64,000 nucleotides of DNA from a virus. Location: IMG/VR virus record IMGVR_UViG_3300036791_001355, positions 1-64,000 of that record; one strand, written 5' to 3'. The position numbers and the translations under genes were made by a program. This document shows positions 37,570 through 47,207 of the stretch, piece after piece; position 1 is the first letter of the stretch, and every line of letters starts with the position of its first letter. The notes under the pieces are model-generated. The model was not told the origin of the DNA. It searched no databases and saw only the letters and a program-made list of their open reading frames with translations.

Positions 37570-38793
37570 ATGACCACGAAGAAAGAAGTGGCGACGGCGG
37601 CCCCTGTGGTTCCTGCCTTGCCAGAAGGTGCGACCAAGTCGGCTTCGCTGATCGACATCATGGCACCAGTGCTGGCGGCGCTTTTGCAGCGCGAGAATCC
37701 GAACATGGATGCGGTGGACCGGGCCATGGCCATGGCCGAGCGGCTGGAGTTCGCGCGCCGGGAACAGGAGTTCAAACAGGCCTTCGCCGTTATGTGGCCC
37801 AAGCTGCCGCAGATCGCCAAGAAGGGTGACGCCAGCCTGGGCGGCAAGGGCGGCTACAAATACGTGCGCGAAGAAGACGTCATGGAGGAGTGCAAGCCGA
37901 TCATGGAAGACCATGGTTTCGGCCTGTCCGCCCAGCCGGTCGAGCAGGATCTGAAGACGGGCACACTGACCATGGAAGTCGAACTGATTTTCCGGAATGG
38001 CTTTTCCAAGCGCGCGCGGATGAGCGGCTACGCCGATGCCGGACCCGGACGCAACGCGCTGCAGGCAATGGGCTCGGCCCAGACCTACCTGACCAAATAC
38101 CTGACTAAGGGCCTGCTGGCATTGGTCCAGAGAGGCGCCGACGACGACGGCAACCGGGTAGGCCTGCGGGAAAGCGGCGGCGACTATATGGGCAACGCCA
38201 AGACGCGCCCTGGCGGCAGCGGCAGCAGTGACCGGCTGAATACCCCGCCCCAGGATCTGCCCGGCGACCAGCCAGCCCCACCGCCGCCCAAGGCCAAGGC
38301 GGCCGCAGCGCAGTGGATCGACCCCGATGGCATCGTGCATGACAACGCCAAGGCATGGTCGCTGGCCTTCAACGAGCACTGGGCGATGGCCAGCCCGGAG
38401 GAGCGGCTGGAACTGCACGAGGAGTATGGCGCCACCCTGCTGGCGGCCCGCAGCGCTGACCGCGAAGCGGCAGTCATCCTGGCGGGGGTGGAGAACAGAC
38501 GCGACCAGAGCGAGACCGAATCGGGACCGACAGATTCGCCCGACTCGAAGCCCGACTCGGCCAAGCTCAGCGACGATGAACAATGGGCCGGAAGAGTGCC
38601 CGACGTGTTGAAACGCCTGCCCAGGACCAACGAAGGCCGCGTGAATTTCGCCAAGCTGCTGCAAGAAGCCACGGCCAGGATGCAACGGCTCAAGAAAGCC
38701 AGCCCCACGGTCTACGAACAGACCCGGGCAAAGTTCACGGCGACCAGCGAGAGGATAGATTTCGCCCCCGCCAACAAAAGGGCGACACCGTGA
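37570..38793 (+). CDS. ERF-family single-strand annealing protein
   Basis: LPQIAK...YKY...KPIMEDHGF...QAMGSAQTYLTKY....L.....DDDG. Confidence 0.8.
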   Translation: MTTKKEVATAAPVVPALPEGATKSASLIDIMAPVLAALLQRENPNMDAVDRAMAMAERLEFARREQEFKQAFAVMWPKLPQIAKKGDASLGGKGGYKYVREEDVMEECKPIMEDHGFGLSAQPVEQDLKTGTLTMEVELIFRNGFSKRARMSGYADAGPGRNALQAMGSAQTYLTKYLTKGLLALVQRGADDDGNRVGLRESGGDYMGNAKTRPGGSGSSDRLNTPPQDLPGDQPAPPPPKAKAAAAQWIDPDGIVHDNAKAWSLAFNEHWAMASPEERLELHEEYGATLLAARSADREAAVILAGVENRRDQSETESGPTDSPDSKPDSAKLSDDEQWAGRVPDVLKRLPRTNEGRVNFAKLLQEATARMQRLKKASPTVYEQTRAKFTATSERIDFAPANKRATP

Positions 38794-39101
38794 GCGCCCC
38801 GATGACGGACGAACAGCTGGGCTCGCTGCTGCGCGGCGAGAAACAGCTCCAGGCGCGGCACCTGAAGCTCTTGGCCATCCTGCCGCCGGGCGGGCTCTCG
38901 GTACAGGATGCCGCCCATGCCATGCGGATCAGCACGCCATGGGCTAGCCGCACCGCGACACTGCTGGTCAGGCACGGCTATATCAAGCGCATGGAAGGCG
39001 AGGATGACCGCCGGGTGGCGTACCTGACGCCGACGCCCTCTGGGCTGGCGCTGGCGGCCCGTGTCACCGTGGTATCACGCTCACGGCGGAGTGCCGCGTG
39101 A
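38790..39101 (+). CDS. MarR-type winged-HTH regulator
   Basis: LSVQDAAHAMRISTPWASRTATLLVRHGYIKR...DDRRVAYLTPT. Confidence 0.75.
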   Translation: MSAPMTDEQLGSLLRGEKQLQARHLKLLAILPPGGLSVQDAAHAMRISTPWASRTATLLVRHGYIKRMEGEDDRRVAYLTPTPSGLALAARVTVVSRSRRSAA

Positions 39102-39125
39102 ACGACGCGAAGGAGCGTCTTGGCG

Positions 39126-39329
39126 ATGCCTGACCTGCTCAAGATCTCCCTGGAGGACATGGCGGCGGAGGTGGCGCGGGAATGTGGCCTGCGCCGCAAG
39201 GTTTATCCGCGCATGGTCCACACCGGGCGCCTCAAGTCCGACCGGGCGGAGCGGCAGATGGAGGTGATGGAGGCGGCGGCCGACTATCTGCGCGAGCAGG
39301 CCGACGCCGAGAGGAAGGGCCATGGTTGA
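39126..39329 (+). CDS. Conserved small phage protein
   Basis: EVARECGLRRKVYPRMV..GR.....AERQMEVM. Confidence 0.65.
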   Translation: MPDLLKISLEDMAAEVARECGLRRKVYPRMVHTGRLKSDRAERQMEVMEAAADYLREQADAERKGHG

Positions 39330-39534
39330 CGTGGTGGTGGAGCTCCAGCGCGTTCTCGACGAGGTCGCGGCGCTGCGGCAGCGGCTGACGCCCGGCGACG
39401 TGCTGGCGCTGCTCGAGGTGAAGCGGAGAGAAGCGCTGGAGGAAGCGGCGCGGGTCGTGGAAAGTTACGGCTACGGACGGTCGCACGGCTACGAACTTGC
39501 CGCCGCCATCCGCGCGCTGAAGGACAAACCATGA
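39322..39534 (+). CDS. Hypothetical protein (ALEEAA...AAAIRALK module)
   Basis: Shared module with next ORF. Confidence 0.55.
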   Translation: MVDVVVELQRVLDEVAALRQRLTPGDVLALLEVKRREALEEAARVVESYGYGRSHGYELAAAIRALKDKP

Positions 39535-39821
39535 GCGCAGTGGTGACGGAGCTGCGCCACTGGCTCAATCAGGGCGTATGTCCGCCGCTGCAATTGGTGC
39601 GCTGCGCTGTCACCGAGATTGAGGCGCTGCGGCAAGAGTTAGAGCTTCGCAGCAGCGCCGAGTTCGTGGCGGCCAATGAATTGACGCAGGCCCGCGCCGA
39701 GGCGCTGGAGGAGGCGGCGAAGGTGTGCGAGCAGTTCAGCCCCGCTCACGGCGATGACAATTGGCGGCCTCAGTCCGAGAGATACGCCGCCGCCATTCGG
39801 GCGCTGAAGGAGAAGCCGTGA
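39531..39821 (+). CDS. Hypothetical protein (ALEEAA...AAAIRALK module)
   Basis: ATGA coupling. Confidence 0.55.
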   Translation: MSAVVTELRHWLNQGVCPPLQLVRCAVTEIEALRQELELRSSAEFVAANELTQARAEALEEAAKVCEQFSPAHGDDNWRPQSERYAAAIRALKEKP

Positions 39822-40273
39822 TGCCGCGTCGCCGGGATCGCGCTGTCGGGTGGTGTGTCTATGTGCTGCTCGATCTGGCGGGCGTGCCCCGCTATGTCGG
39901 CATGACCACCAATCTGGATCATCGCATCGCCCAGCATCGGCAGACTGGCGGTCGATTCAAACGATCCAGGCAATACCACCAAGATCTCGTAGCGTTTTGC
40001 AAGAATGGTTTCCGGATCGGCGTGTTTGCGCGCGGATTGACTGAGGCAGAGGCAAGCAATTACGAAGAAATGCTGATCGACCTGTTTGGTAGAACGTGGG
40101 ACGAGACCGGATCTTTATATAACCGTGTAAAGGGAGGTAGATACGCCGGCGGCGCTTATGCTCCACTTTGTCCGCCGAGGGTTATTGATGACTGGCTGGC
40201 AGCCCCCGGCAATGCGGCTTGGGAGCTTGAACGTAAAAAGTATTTACACCAAGCCGGCAAGGAAACGGATTAA
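39821..40273 (+). CDS. GIY-YIG nuclease family protein
   Basis: CVYVL...RYVGMTTNLDHRIAQH...EA...E..LI...G.LYN; low GC; TGATG coupling. Confidence 0.75.
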   Translation: MPRRRDRAVGWCVYVLLDLAGVPRYVGMTTNLDHRIAQHRQTGGRFKRSRQYHQDLVAFCKNGFRIGVFARGLTEAEASNYEEMLIDLFGRTWDETGSLYNRVKGGRYAGGAYAPLCPPRVIDDWLAAPGNAAWELERKKYLHQAGKETD

Positions 40274-40351
40274 CTCCTCTGGAATCAAACGGTTACATTT
40301 CGGAACAGAAATTGCATATGTGTCCCCGTGAACACAGAGGACCACACCGCC

Positions 40352-41002
40352 ATGAAACAGCTCCTTCTCGCCAGCGCCGTGACGCTGGCGATCCCGCTCG
40401 GCGCCGCTGCCGCGCCGAATGAGATCATCAACTTCGCCGGCCCGCTATCCAGCGACTTCATCGCCACCAACCCGACCAGCACCTCGACGGCGCTGTCGGT
40501 CAACAACGTCAACGTCACCATCAGCGGCCTGTTCGGCAACCCGTCCGTGACCAGCGGGGTGATGAACCTCAGCGCGGTCAACACCGATGCGGCAACGAAT
40601 GTGACCGGATTTGCCATTCAGCACTACAATGGGAGTTTCAGCATCACCAACGGGGGTGCGGTTAACTACCTCTCGGGCACCTTCACCGACGCGGCATTCG
40701 GCGCCCTCGGCGGCGATGGATTGACGGTAAATGTAACAAATCCACCGGAGTCGTTAACATTGACTTCCAGCGTCATCCCGGCCAGCGACCTCGTGCCACC
40801 GACGGCGTTCGACCTTTCCATGAGCGCGGTCAACCCACCGTTGACGATTGCCAACGGCACCATCCAGGCATTCGCCGCCAGCTTCACGGGCGACGCCTCG
40901 GCTAACGTGGCGACAGGAGTGCCCGAGCCGGCCTCGCTCGCCATCCTCGGCACCGGCCTGCTGGGCCTTGGCTTCGTCATGAGGAGGAACCATCGTGCGT
41001 AA
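40352..41002 (+). CDS. PEP-CTERM sorting-domain secreted protein
   Basis: Signal peptide MKQLLLASAVTLA; C-terminal VPEPASLAILGTGLLGLGFVMRRNHR. Confidence 0.88.
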   Translation: MKQLLLASAVTLAIPLGAAAAPNEIINFAGPLSSDFIATNPTSTSTALSVNNVNVTISGLFGNPSVTSGVMNLSAVNTDAATNVTGFAIQHYNGSFSITNGGAVNYLSGTFTDAAFGALGGDGLTVNVTNPPESLTLTSSVIPASDLVPPTAFDLSMSAVNPPLTIANGTIQAFAASFTGDASANVATGVPEPASLAILGTGLLGLGFVMRRNHRA

Positions 41003-41630
41003 TCTTCTTCTCGGTACAGTCGTCCTGGCCGGTTTCGTCGGTCCAGCCTACGCGGCGGCCTCGCTCGGTCCCGACGCCGCCACCGAAGGCCTGACCTACA
41101 CGCTGACGGAAACCAGCACCTCCGGTCTGATGGCCAGTTTCGAACTACAGATTACCGGCGCCAACACCGCCAGTGACACAATTGGCGGCAGAACCGGAAT
41201 AAACGCCATCGCCTTCACCAACCCGACCGGTGGCCTTGCTACTGCCGTGATGACCTCGCCGGCCGGCTACAACTTCGTCCCGGGCGGCCTGAACAGCACA
41301 GGATGCAACGGCAACGGTGGTTTCTTCTGCTTCGACAATTTAGCCATCCCGCCGACGCCCACTACTTTGGTCAGTGGCACGCAGACGCTCGATTTCACGG
41401 CGACGCTGAATGCCGGCGGCTCTTGGAGCGGCTACAGCCCCGATTTCAAGATCGACTGGGTGGGCCGGCAGAACAACTACAGCCTCGTTTCCGAGGCGAT
41501 ACCAGTTAATATGGGCGGTGGACCGCCGCCGCCTCCGCCTCCCCCGCCGCCGCCGATCCCGGAGCCGGCCTCGATGCTGGTGCTGGCGAGCGCGCTGGCA
41601 GCACTGGGGGTAATCCGTCGTCGCCGCTAA
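40995..41630 (+). CDS. PEP-CTERM sorting-domain secreted protein
   Basis: Signal peptide; CNGNGGFFCF; poly-Pro then IPEPASMLVLASALAALGVIRRRR. Confidence 0.88.
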   Translation: MRNLLLGTVVLAGFVGPAYAAASLGPDAATEGLTYTLTETSTSGLMASFELQITGANTASDTIGGRTGINAIAFTNPTGGLATAVMTSPAGYNFVPGGLNSTGCNGNGGFFCFDNLAIPPTPTTLVSGTQTLDFTATLNAGGSWSGYSPDFKIDWVGRQNNYSLVSEAIPVNMGGGPPPPPPPPPPPIPEPASMLVLASALAALGVIRRRR

Positions 41631-41674
41631 GGCGCAAACAACTCCTGGCTTAGCTCCTGTTTGCCAGGACACTC

Positions 41675-41749
41675 GGGGGGCGAAAGCCATGATCGCCCCC
41701 CTCTTTTTGCCGCTGGATAGCAAAAACCCCCCGCCTCGACAGCGGGGGG
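41675..41749. terminator. Back-to-back intrinsic terminators between convergent units
   Basis: GGGGGCGA..TCGCCCCC-TCTTTTT (+, 41675-41708); AAAAA-CCCCCCGC..GCGGGGGG (-, 41722-41749). Confidence 0.75.
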
Positions 41750-42022
41750 CTATTCCTTCGGCGGCAGCGGGCGGCTGGCGGCAATCAGCGCCAGGATCGC
41801 CGTCAGCAGTTCAGTCATGATCTCGCGCACATTGTTGCCGAGATTGCCGCACGCCCCGTCCGGCTGCGGCAGGTCAGACCGCGCCACGTAATTCCACACG
41901 CAGCCGACCACGGCGACCATCGTCTCGCCCATGGCGATGCAGACGACGACCGCCAGCAACAGGAAACAGGCACGGACGATATCGAACGGCCGCCTGGGCG
42001 GCGGCTCTCGCGGCTCCGTCAC
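41750..42022 (-). CDS. Small membrane protein
   Basis: Two hydrophobic segments. Confidence 0.55.
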   Translation of the reverse strand: MTEPREPPPRRPFDIVRACFLLLAVVVCIAMGETMVAVVGCVWNYVARSDLPQPDGACGNLGNNVREIMTELLTAILALIAASRPLPPKE

Positions 42023-42092
42023 GCGTCGTCAACGGGATCAGGCGGCAGAAGGGGTCACTGGCTGTCCCTCCTGCCGCTGCGGGCTTACTCCC

Positions 42093-42689
42093 TTACTTGC
42101 TGGGAGTCGGCACGCCAGGATGGCTCTCGCTCGGCACGATGGCCATCGCCCAGCCCGCCTCGGGTGTCCAGTAGGCGATGACGTCCCAGTTTTCCAGCGG
42201 CTTCGGATCTGGCTTGCCGCCCTCACCCGGGGGCAAGGCGATAGGATGCGTCGGGCGCGGCGGGTACACCACGGGCGGCAGCGGAATCACGATGGGATGC
42301 TCGGGCCTTGCGTCAGGCGGCCAGATTTCCGGCGGCAGGACAATCGGGTGAGATGGGTAGCCCGGCACGGCCGGGGGCGGAATGACTATCGGGTGCTCGG
42401 GGTGGACCCCATCAATGAAACCGGGCGGCAGGACGATGGGATGGGTCGGAAACCCTGGAATATAGATGGGATGGGTCGGCACCCCGGGTGCCCCGCCGGG
42501 AGCAATGGGATGCGCCGGATACGGCGGCAGGGAGCCTGGACCGCCCGAGATAACCGGCGGCCAGTAGATTGGGTGGGTCGGCGTCCCGCCGCCGCCGTCA
42601 CCGCCACCACCGGGCGGCAGGATCGGTCCCTGGTAGACTTCGGGGATATGAATCTTGCCGACGAAGACAGCATCCAATACTGGCATCAT
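42093..42689 (-). CDS. Proline-rich P-x-H-P-I repeat protein
   Basis: Eight PxHPI repeats; GGAG SD. Confidence 0.7.
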   Translation of the reverse strand: MMPVLDAVFVGKIHIPEVYQGPILPPGGGGDGGGGTPTHPIYWPPVISGGPGSLPPYPAHPIAPGGAPGVPTHPIYIPGFPTHPIVLPPGFIDGVHPEHPIVIPPPAVPGYPSHPIVLPPEIWPPDARPEHPIVIPLPPVVYPPRPTHPIALPPGEGGKPDPKPLENWDVIAYWTPEAGWAMAIVPSESHPGVPTPSK

Positions 42690-42766
42690 AAGTCTCCCAA
42701 ATTGTTGCGGAAAAGCACGGGTCGGGATGCGGAGGAGCGCAGGCTGCTTCTGCGGTCGGCAAAAGC

Positions 42767-43165
42767 CTAGCCCATCAGGGGCGAGACGACCATGGTCAAG
42801 TCTCTGATAAACAATCGGCCCATGATCGTCTTATTCACCGTCAAGACGAGCCGGTACTGCACCCCCGCCGCACTGGCTGGGGCATAGAAGCCCGCCGTCA
42901 CCACCAGTCCGGAACTATCCACCGACAGCGGCCAGTTGGCCCCGGCCAGCATCAGATCGGCCGAGGTCATCGGCTGCCCGTCCGAACGCGAGATGCCGAG
43001 AGTCACCGCCGAGGCGGACGGAATCGCGTCGCCCGCCGCGCCGAGATCGGGCGTGGTATCTATATAGCGCCCGTCGATCTCGCCCGCGCGCATGGCCGGC
43101 ACCTGTACCGGCGCGGGCTGAATCACGGAGTAGGTGCAGGCCACGGAAGAACTCACGTCGCGCAA
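42767..43165 (-). CDS. Putative fibre-to-tail adaptor protein
   Basis: ...GVQYRLVLTVNKTIMGRLFIRDL; position at end of fibre cluster. Confidence 0.5.
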   Translation of the reverse strand: MRDVSSSVACTYSVIQPAPVQVPAMRAGEIDGRYIDTTPDLGAAGDAIPSASAVTLGISRSDGQPMTSADLMLAGANWPLSVDSSGLVVTAGFYAPASAAGVQYRLVLTVNKTIMGRLFIRDLTMVVSPLMG

Positions 43166-43220
43166 CGGAGTGAAGCGACCCTCCGCCCTCCGGTAGTCAT
43201 TTCGCTACGCTTCATGACGG

Positions 43221-45512
43221 TCATACCAGCACCTCCACGCGGGTCATGGGATAGAGCTTCACCCCGATGGTCGCCGTCTGCCGATAGCTGTAGGCAACGC
43301 TGACCCGGGCCTCGCCGTTGATGGCGACGGCGTCATAGACCGGCGGCGCAGCGGGATACAGCACCATGCTGCAGACACCGTTGATTGTCGTCCGCGCCAG
43401 CACCCGCAGCCCTGGCGCCACGGCCACGCCGCTCTGCCCGGCGATGAGGGCAGTGGCGAACAGGGTGGTGGCGGTGGTGACGTGGCCGCTGCCGGCGATG
43501 ACAACGCCGGGGGCCAGCACGGCGGTGACGGCGACGCTCACCCCGGCCGTGCCGGCGATCTGCAGCGCGGCCAGAGCGGAGAGGTTGGCACTGACGCTGC
43601 CCTGGCCCGCGATCACGGCAGGCCTGACCGGCACAGTCAGGGCGGCGCTGGCAGCGACGCTGCCGAGGCCCGCGACCGGCGTGCTGGCGGTCGTGCTCAC
43701 GCTGGCCGCCGCGCTGACGCTGCCGCTGCCGCCGAGGGCGAGGACGGCGGGCCGGTAGGTGGCCACGGAGGTGACACCGACGGTGCCCTGGCCGGTGACG
43801 AAAACCGAGGCGGACGGGGCCACAAAGGCCGCCGCCACACTGGCCACGCCCGCCACCGTGGCGCCGCTGCTGAGCCGCGACGAGGCGCTGGCGGTGACAC
43901 TGCCGAGACCCGCCATGGGGACGCTGGCGAGCAGCGTAAAGCCAGGGAGCGCCATACCTGAGAGGCCGCTGATGCCGCTGCCGGCAGCCAGCACGAGCGA
44001 GGCCGAGGCGGCGACGCTCCCCGCCCCGGTCAGCAGCGCCGAGCCGGCCTGTGGCGCCCCGGCCGAGGCAGCGGTGGCGACGACGGTGGCGAGGCCGCCG
44101 AGCGGTGCCGTGGCGCGCGCCAGCACGCCGGCGGCGACGGCAAGCTGTCCGCTGCCCGCGCTCGGCGCCGAGGCGGGCCGGATCGGACCGGCGGCAGCGG
44201 TTACGCTGGCAATCCCGGCAAGGGCGAAGCTGCCGGCGGCCAGCAGAAGCGTGGCGGCGACCGTGACGCCGCCACTGCCCTGGATCGGCGGGGCGACACT
44301 GGCGACCGCCCTGACGATGGCGGCGGCGGCCACAGTGCCGACGCCGCTGAGGGTGGCCGACGACACCGGCGGCCCGACGGCCGCCACCTTGAGGCCGACC
44401 TGGGCGGTGTACCATGTCGTGTTGTTGGTACTGCCAGAGGTGAAGGTGGCGGTGGTGCTGCCCGCCGACGACGTGGTGCGATCCTCGGTCGAGGCGGCAA
44501 AGCCGATGGAACTGCTGGGCAGCCGTCCGGCCCAGCCGGTGCCAGCACTGGTGGGCGGGATGTTGAAGTAGGTCAGCCCGGCCGCCCATTGAATGTTAGT
44601 GGCATTGGTCGACGTCAGCGCCCCGGACGTGACGGCGTCCGTGGTGATGTTGTTCATGCCGGTCTGGAAGTTCTGCAGGTGGGTATCGAGGGCGGAGACG
44701 CCCTGATATTCATCGCAGCCGCAGGTCTGGCTGGCCCAGCCGCTGCCCGCCAGGGTGATGGTCTGCGGATTGCCGGTGACGTTGGCGCGGGAGAAGACGA
44801 CGTAGGAGCAGTTCTCGCCCGTGGCGGCGTCGTAATAGCTCTGCACGACGCTGTAGCTGTTGCCCTTGTCGTCGGTGATGCCGGTCAGGTTGGCGACGGT
44901 GCCGATCCAGGCGGCAAAGCCGATGATCAGGTTGCCGGACCCGACCGGGTGGGTCAGCGCCAGCGGAATGGTGGCGGCACTGCCGCCGGTATAGACCACC
45001 GTCTGCACCCAGGTCGGCCCGGGCGGCGGCGTGGTGGTGTAGACGAGATCACAGCCGACATACTGGAAATTGCTGGCGGTGGTGATGCTGGTGGGCGGAT
45101 CGACCGTCGAGTAGCACGACACCGCATTGGTGAAATCGGCCGAGGTGGTGCCGGTGGCGTTGTTGTCGCTCCACGGCGCGTTGCCCGATGAAGCCGGCAT
45201 GTGCGCCAGCACCGCGTAGCTGGAGGCGCCGTTCAGCAGCACGGGGGTGCTGAGGGGGACGTAGGCGAACGTGCCGGCGGTGCCGGCGCTGAGATTAACC
45301 GTCACCTGAGCCAGATTCGCCAGCACGGTGGTACCGGCCGTGCGCAGCAGGGCGACGTCGCGGTTGCCGGTCGCGCCCGGCATCACGTAGGTGCCGATCT
45401 GCGTCACCCACAGGCCGGTATGGGTGGCGGCCGGCGTGATTTGGCCGCCGACCCAGAATGGCCCGTCGTTGCGGGCGGTGCCCGGGGTAAAGGTGGCGAC
45501 CATGTTGGCCAT
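43221..45512 (-). CDS. Virion fibre-like protein (beta-sandwich N-terminal domains + A/G/S/V repeats)
   Basis: Start set to ATG 45512; GxGSVxA-type repeats. Confidence 0.6.
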   Translation of the reverse strand: MANMVATFTPGTARNDGPFWVGGQITPAATHTGLWVTQIGTYVMPGATGNRDVALLRTAGTTVLANLAQVTVNLSAGTAGTFAYVPLSTPVLLNGASSYAVLAHMPASSGNAPWSDNNATGTTSADFTNAVSCYSTVDPPTSITTASNFQYVGCDLVYTTTPPPGPTWVQTVVYTGGSAATIPLALTHPVGSGNLIIGFAAWIGTVANLTGITDDKGNSYSVVQSYYDAATGENCSYVVFSRANVTGNPQTITLAGSGWASQTCGCDEYQGVSALDTHLQNFQTGMNNITTDAVTSGALTSTNATNIQWAAGLTYFNIPPTSAGTGWAGRLPSSSIGFAASTEDRTTSSAGSTTATFTSGSTNNTTWYTAQVGLKVAAVGPPVSSATLSGVGTVAAAAIVRAVASVAPPIQGSGGVTVAATLLLAAGSFALAGIASVTAAAGPIRPASAPSAGSGQLAVAAGVLARATAPLGGLATVVATAASAGAPQAGSALLTGAGSVAASASLVLAAGSGISGLSGMALPGFTLLASVPMAGLGSVTASASSRLSSGATVAGVASVAAAFVAPSASVFVTGQGTVGVTSVATYRPAVLALGGSGSVSAAASVSTTASTPVAGLGSVAASAALTVPVRPAVIAGQGSVSANLSALAALQIAGTAGVSVAVTAVLAPGVVIAGSGHVTTATTLFATALIAGQSGVAVAPGLRVLARTTINGVCSMVLYPAAPPVYDAVAINGEARVSVAYSYRQTATIGVKLYPMTRVEVLV

Positions 45513-47152
45513 CACACGGTCTCCGTCGTCGGGGCCGGCATCACACCGCGCGGCAGCGGCGCCAGTTCGCCGCCCCGCTCCAGCGGCGCCAGCGGGATGC
45601 CACGGGCCACCGGCGGCAGATCCGTCTCGCGCGCGACAGGTGCCAGCGGTACGCCACGCGGCATGTCTTCCAGTTCCACGCTGCGCTGGCACGGCGCCAG
45701 CCTGATGCCTTTGACGGTGATCTGGTCATAGGTCTCGGCCACGGCGAGCGCGGCGGTGCCGTCGATGCGAACGGCGGCGGTGAAGGTCTGGCCCTGGTAC
45801 CACGTCAGACTGCCCTGGCCGCCGATCAGGCTGCGCCCTGGCAGGGCCACGCCAGCGGGCAGGAGCACAGACCCCACCCCGGGCAGCGCCGCCCTGACGG
45901 CCATCCTGAGGGCTGCCAGCCGCAGGTCCACCAGCACGCCGCCATGGATGGCGACCGAGGCTTCCTGGCTCAGGGAGGCGAAGAGGTTGCCGTAGCCCCA
46001 CACCGGGATGGGCTGGGCCAGGAAGCGCGCCACCGGCCGCGCCACGAGGCTGCCCTGGCCAGGGATGGCGACGTACGCGGCGCTGCGGCACTGCGCGGTG
46101 ACCGCAAGCGTGCCCTGGCCGCTGATGAGCGAGACAGCGGCGAACAGCCGTGCCGGGGGGGCAACGGCAACGCTGCCGGTGCCGCCGATGACGGCACTGG
46201 CCGGGCGCTGCGGGATGACGACGACGGCGACGCTGCCGTTACCGCCGATAGCGACCCGGGCCGCTGCCAGCACGGTGGCGGCGACGGCGACATTGCCGGT
46301 GCCGGCAATAAGGCAGCGAGGACCGAGGAAAGCAGCAGCGGGAGCGCCGACGCTGCCCGCGCCCGCGATAGTGCAGACGGCAGCCAGTTGCCGGCTGGCG
46401 GTGACGCTGACGGTGGCCCGGCCGAGGGCGAGGTACCACGCCGTGCAGAACTGCGTGGTGGCGACGCTGAGGCTGCCGACGCCGTCGATCTCGGCGCTGA
46501 GAGACCGCAGCGGAGTGGCCGCCACCGTGACGCCGCCGACGCCGTCGATCTCGGCGCTGGCGGGCCTTTGTGGGATCGTATCGACGGCGATGCCGCCGAC
46601 CCCCCCGATGGCGCAAGCGGCAGGCCAGACGGTGCCCGTAAAAGCGGCGGCGAGGACGAAGCCTTCACCGGGCAGCCGGGCAGTGGCGCCCAGCAGGCCG
46701 GTGACAGGAGCGAGGCTGACGCTGGCGGCACCGCCGATGCTCGCCGCACCCGCCAGCCTGAGCGAGGCCTGGACCGAGACGCTGCCGCTGCCGGCGATGC
46801 TGATGTACGGGAGGGCGACGTAGGTGCTGCGAGTGGTGACGCTGCCGACACCGCTGATCTGCGCCGAGACCTGCAGCCCGGTGCCTTCGTGCACCGAGAC
46901 GGCGGCAACGCCGTCGATCTCGACGCTGGCACCGGCGATGACGTTGACGCTGAGACGAAGCTTCTCCCAGTCGCCGCCGACCGTGCCGCTGCCGTTATCC
47001 CAGACGAGGGTGGTGTTCCACAGGTAGCGCGGCGCGTTCCAGACCTCGCCCGCGCCATGGATGGCAGCGCTGGGGCCAGCGCTGAACTGCGGCTCGGCGA
47101 CGCTGACGCTGCCCCCGGTGTCGATGCGTACGCGGGCCAGGAACCACGCCAT
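45512..47152 (-). CDS. Virion fibre-like protein with I-x-G-x-G-S-V repeats
   Basis: Recurrent AxIxGxGSV units. Confidence 0.6.
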   Translation of the reverse strand: MAWFLARVRIDTGGSVSVAEPQFSAGPSAAIHGAGEVWNAPRYLWNTTLVWDNGSGTVGGDWEKLRLSVNVIAGASVEIDGVAAVSVHEGTGLQVSAQISGVGSVTTRSTYVALPYISIAGSGSVSVQASLRLAGAASIGGAASVSLAPVTGLLGATARLPGEGFVLAAAFTGTVWPAACAIGGVGGIAVDTIPQRPASAEIDGVGGVTVAATPLRSLSAEIDGVGSLSVATTQFCTAWYLALGRATVSVTASRQLAAVCTIAGAGSVGAPAAAFLGPRCLIAGTGNVAVAATVLAAARVAIGGNGSVAVVVIPQRPASAVIGGTGSVAVAPPARLFAAVSLISGQGTLAVTAQCRSAAYVAIPGQGSLVARPVARFLAQPIPVWGYGNLFASLSQEASVAIHGGVLVDLRLAALRMAVRAALPGVGSVLLPAGVALPGRSLIGGQGSLTWYQGQTFTAAVRIDGTAALAVAETYDQITVKGIRLAPCQRSVELEDMPRGVPLAPVARETDLPPVARGIPLAPLERGGELAPLPRGVMPAPTTETV

Positions 47153-47207
47153 GCCTCAGGCCTCCCGGGAGCGAGGTTTCGAGCGACCCTCCCTGGGCGC
47201 GGTGGGG

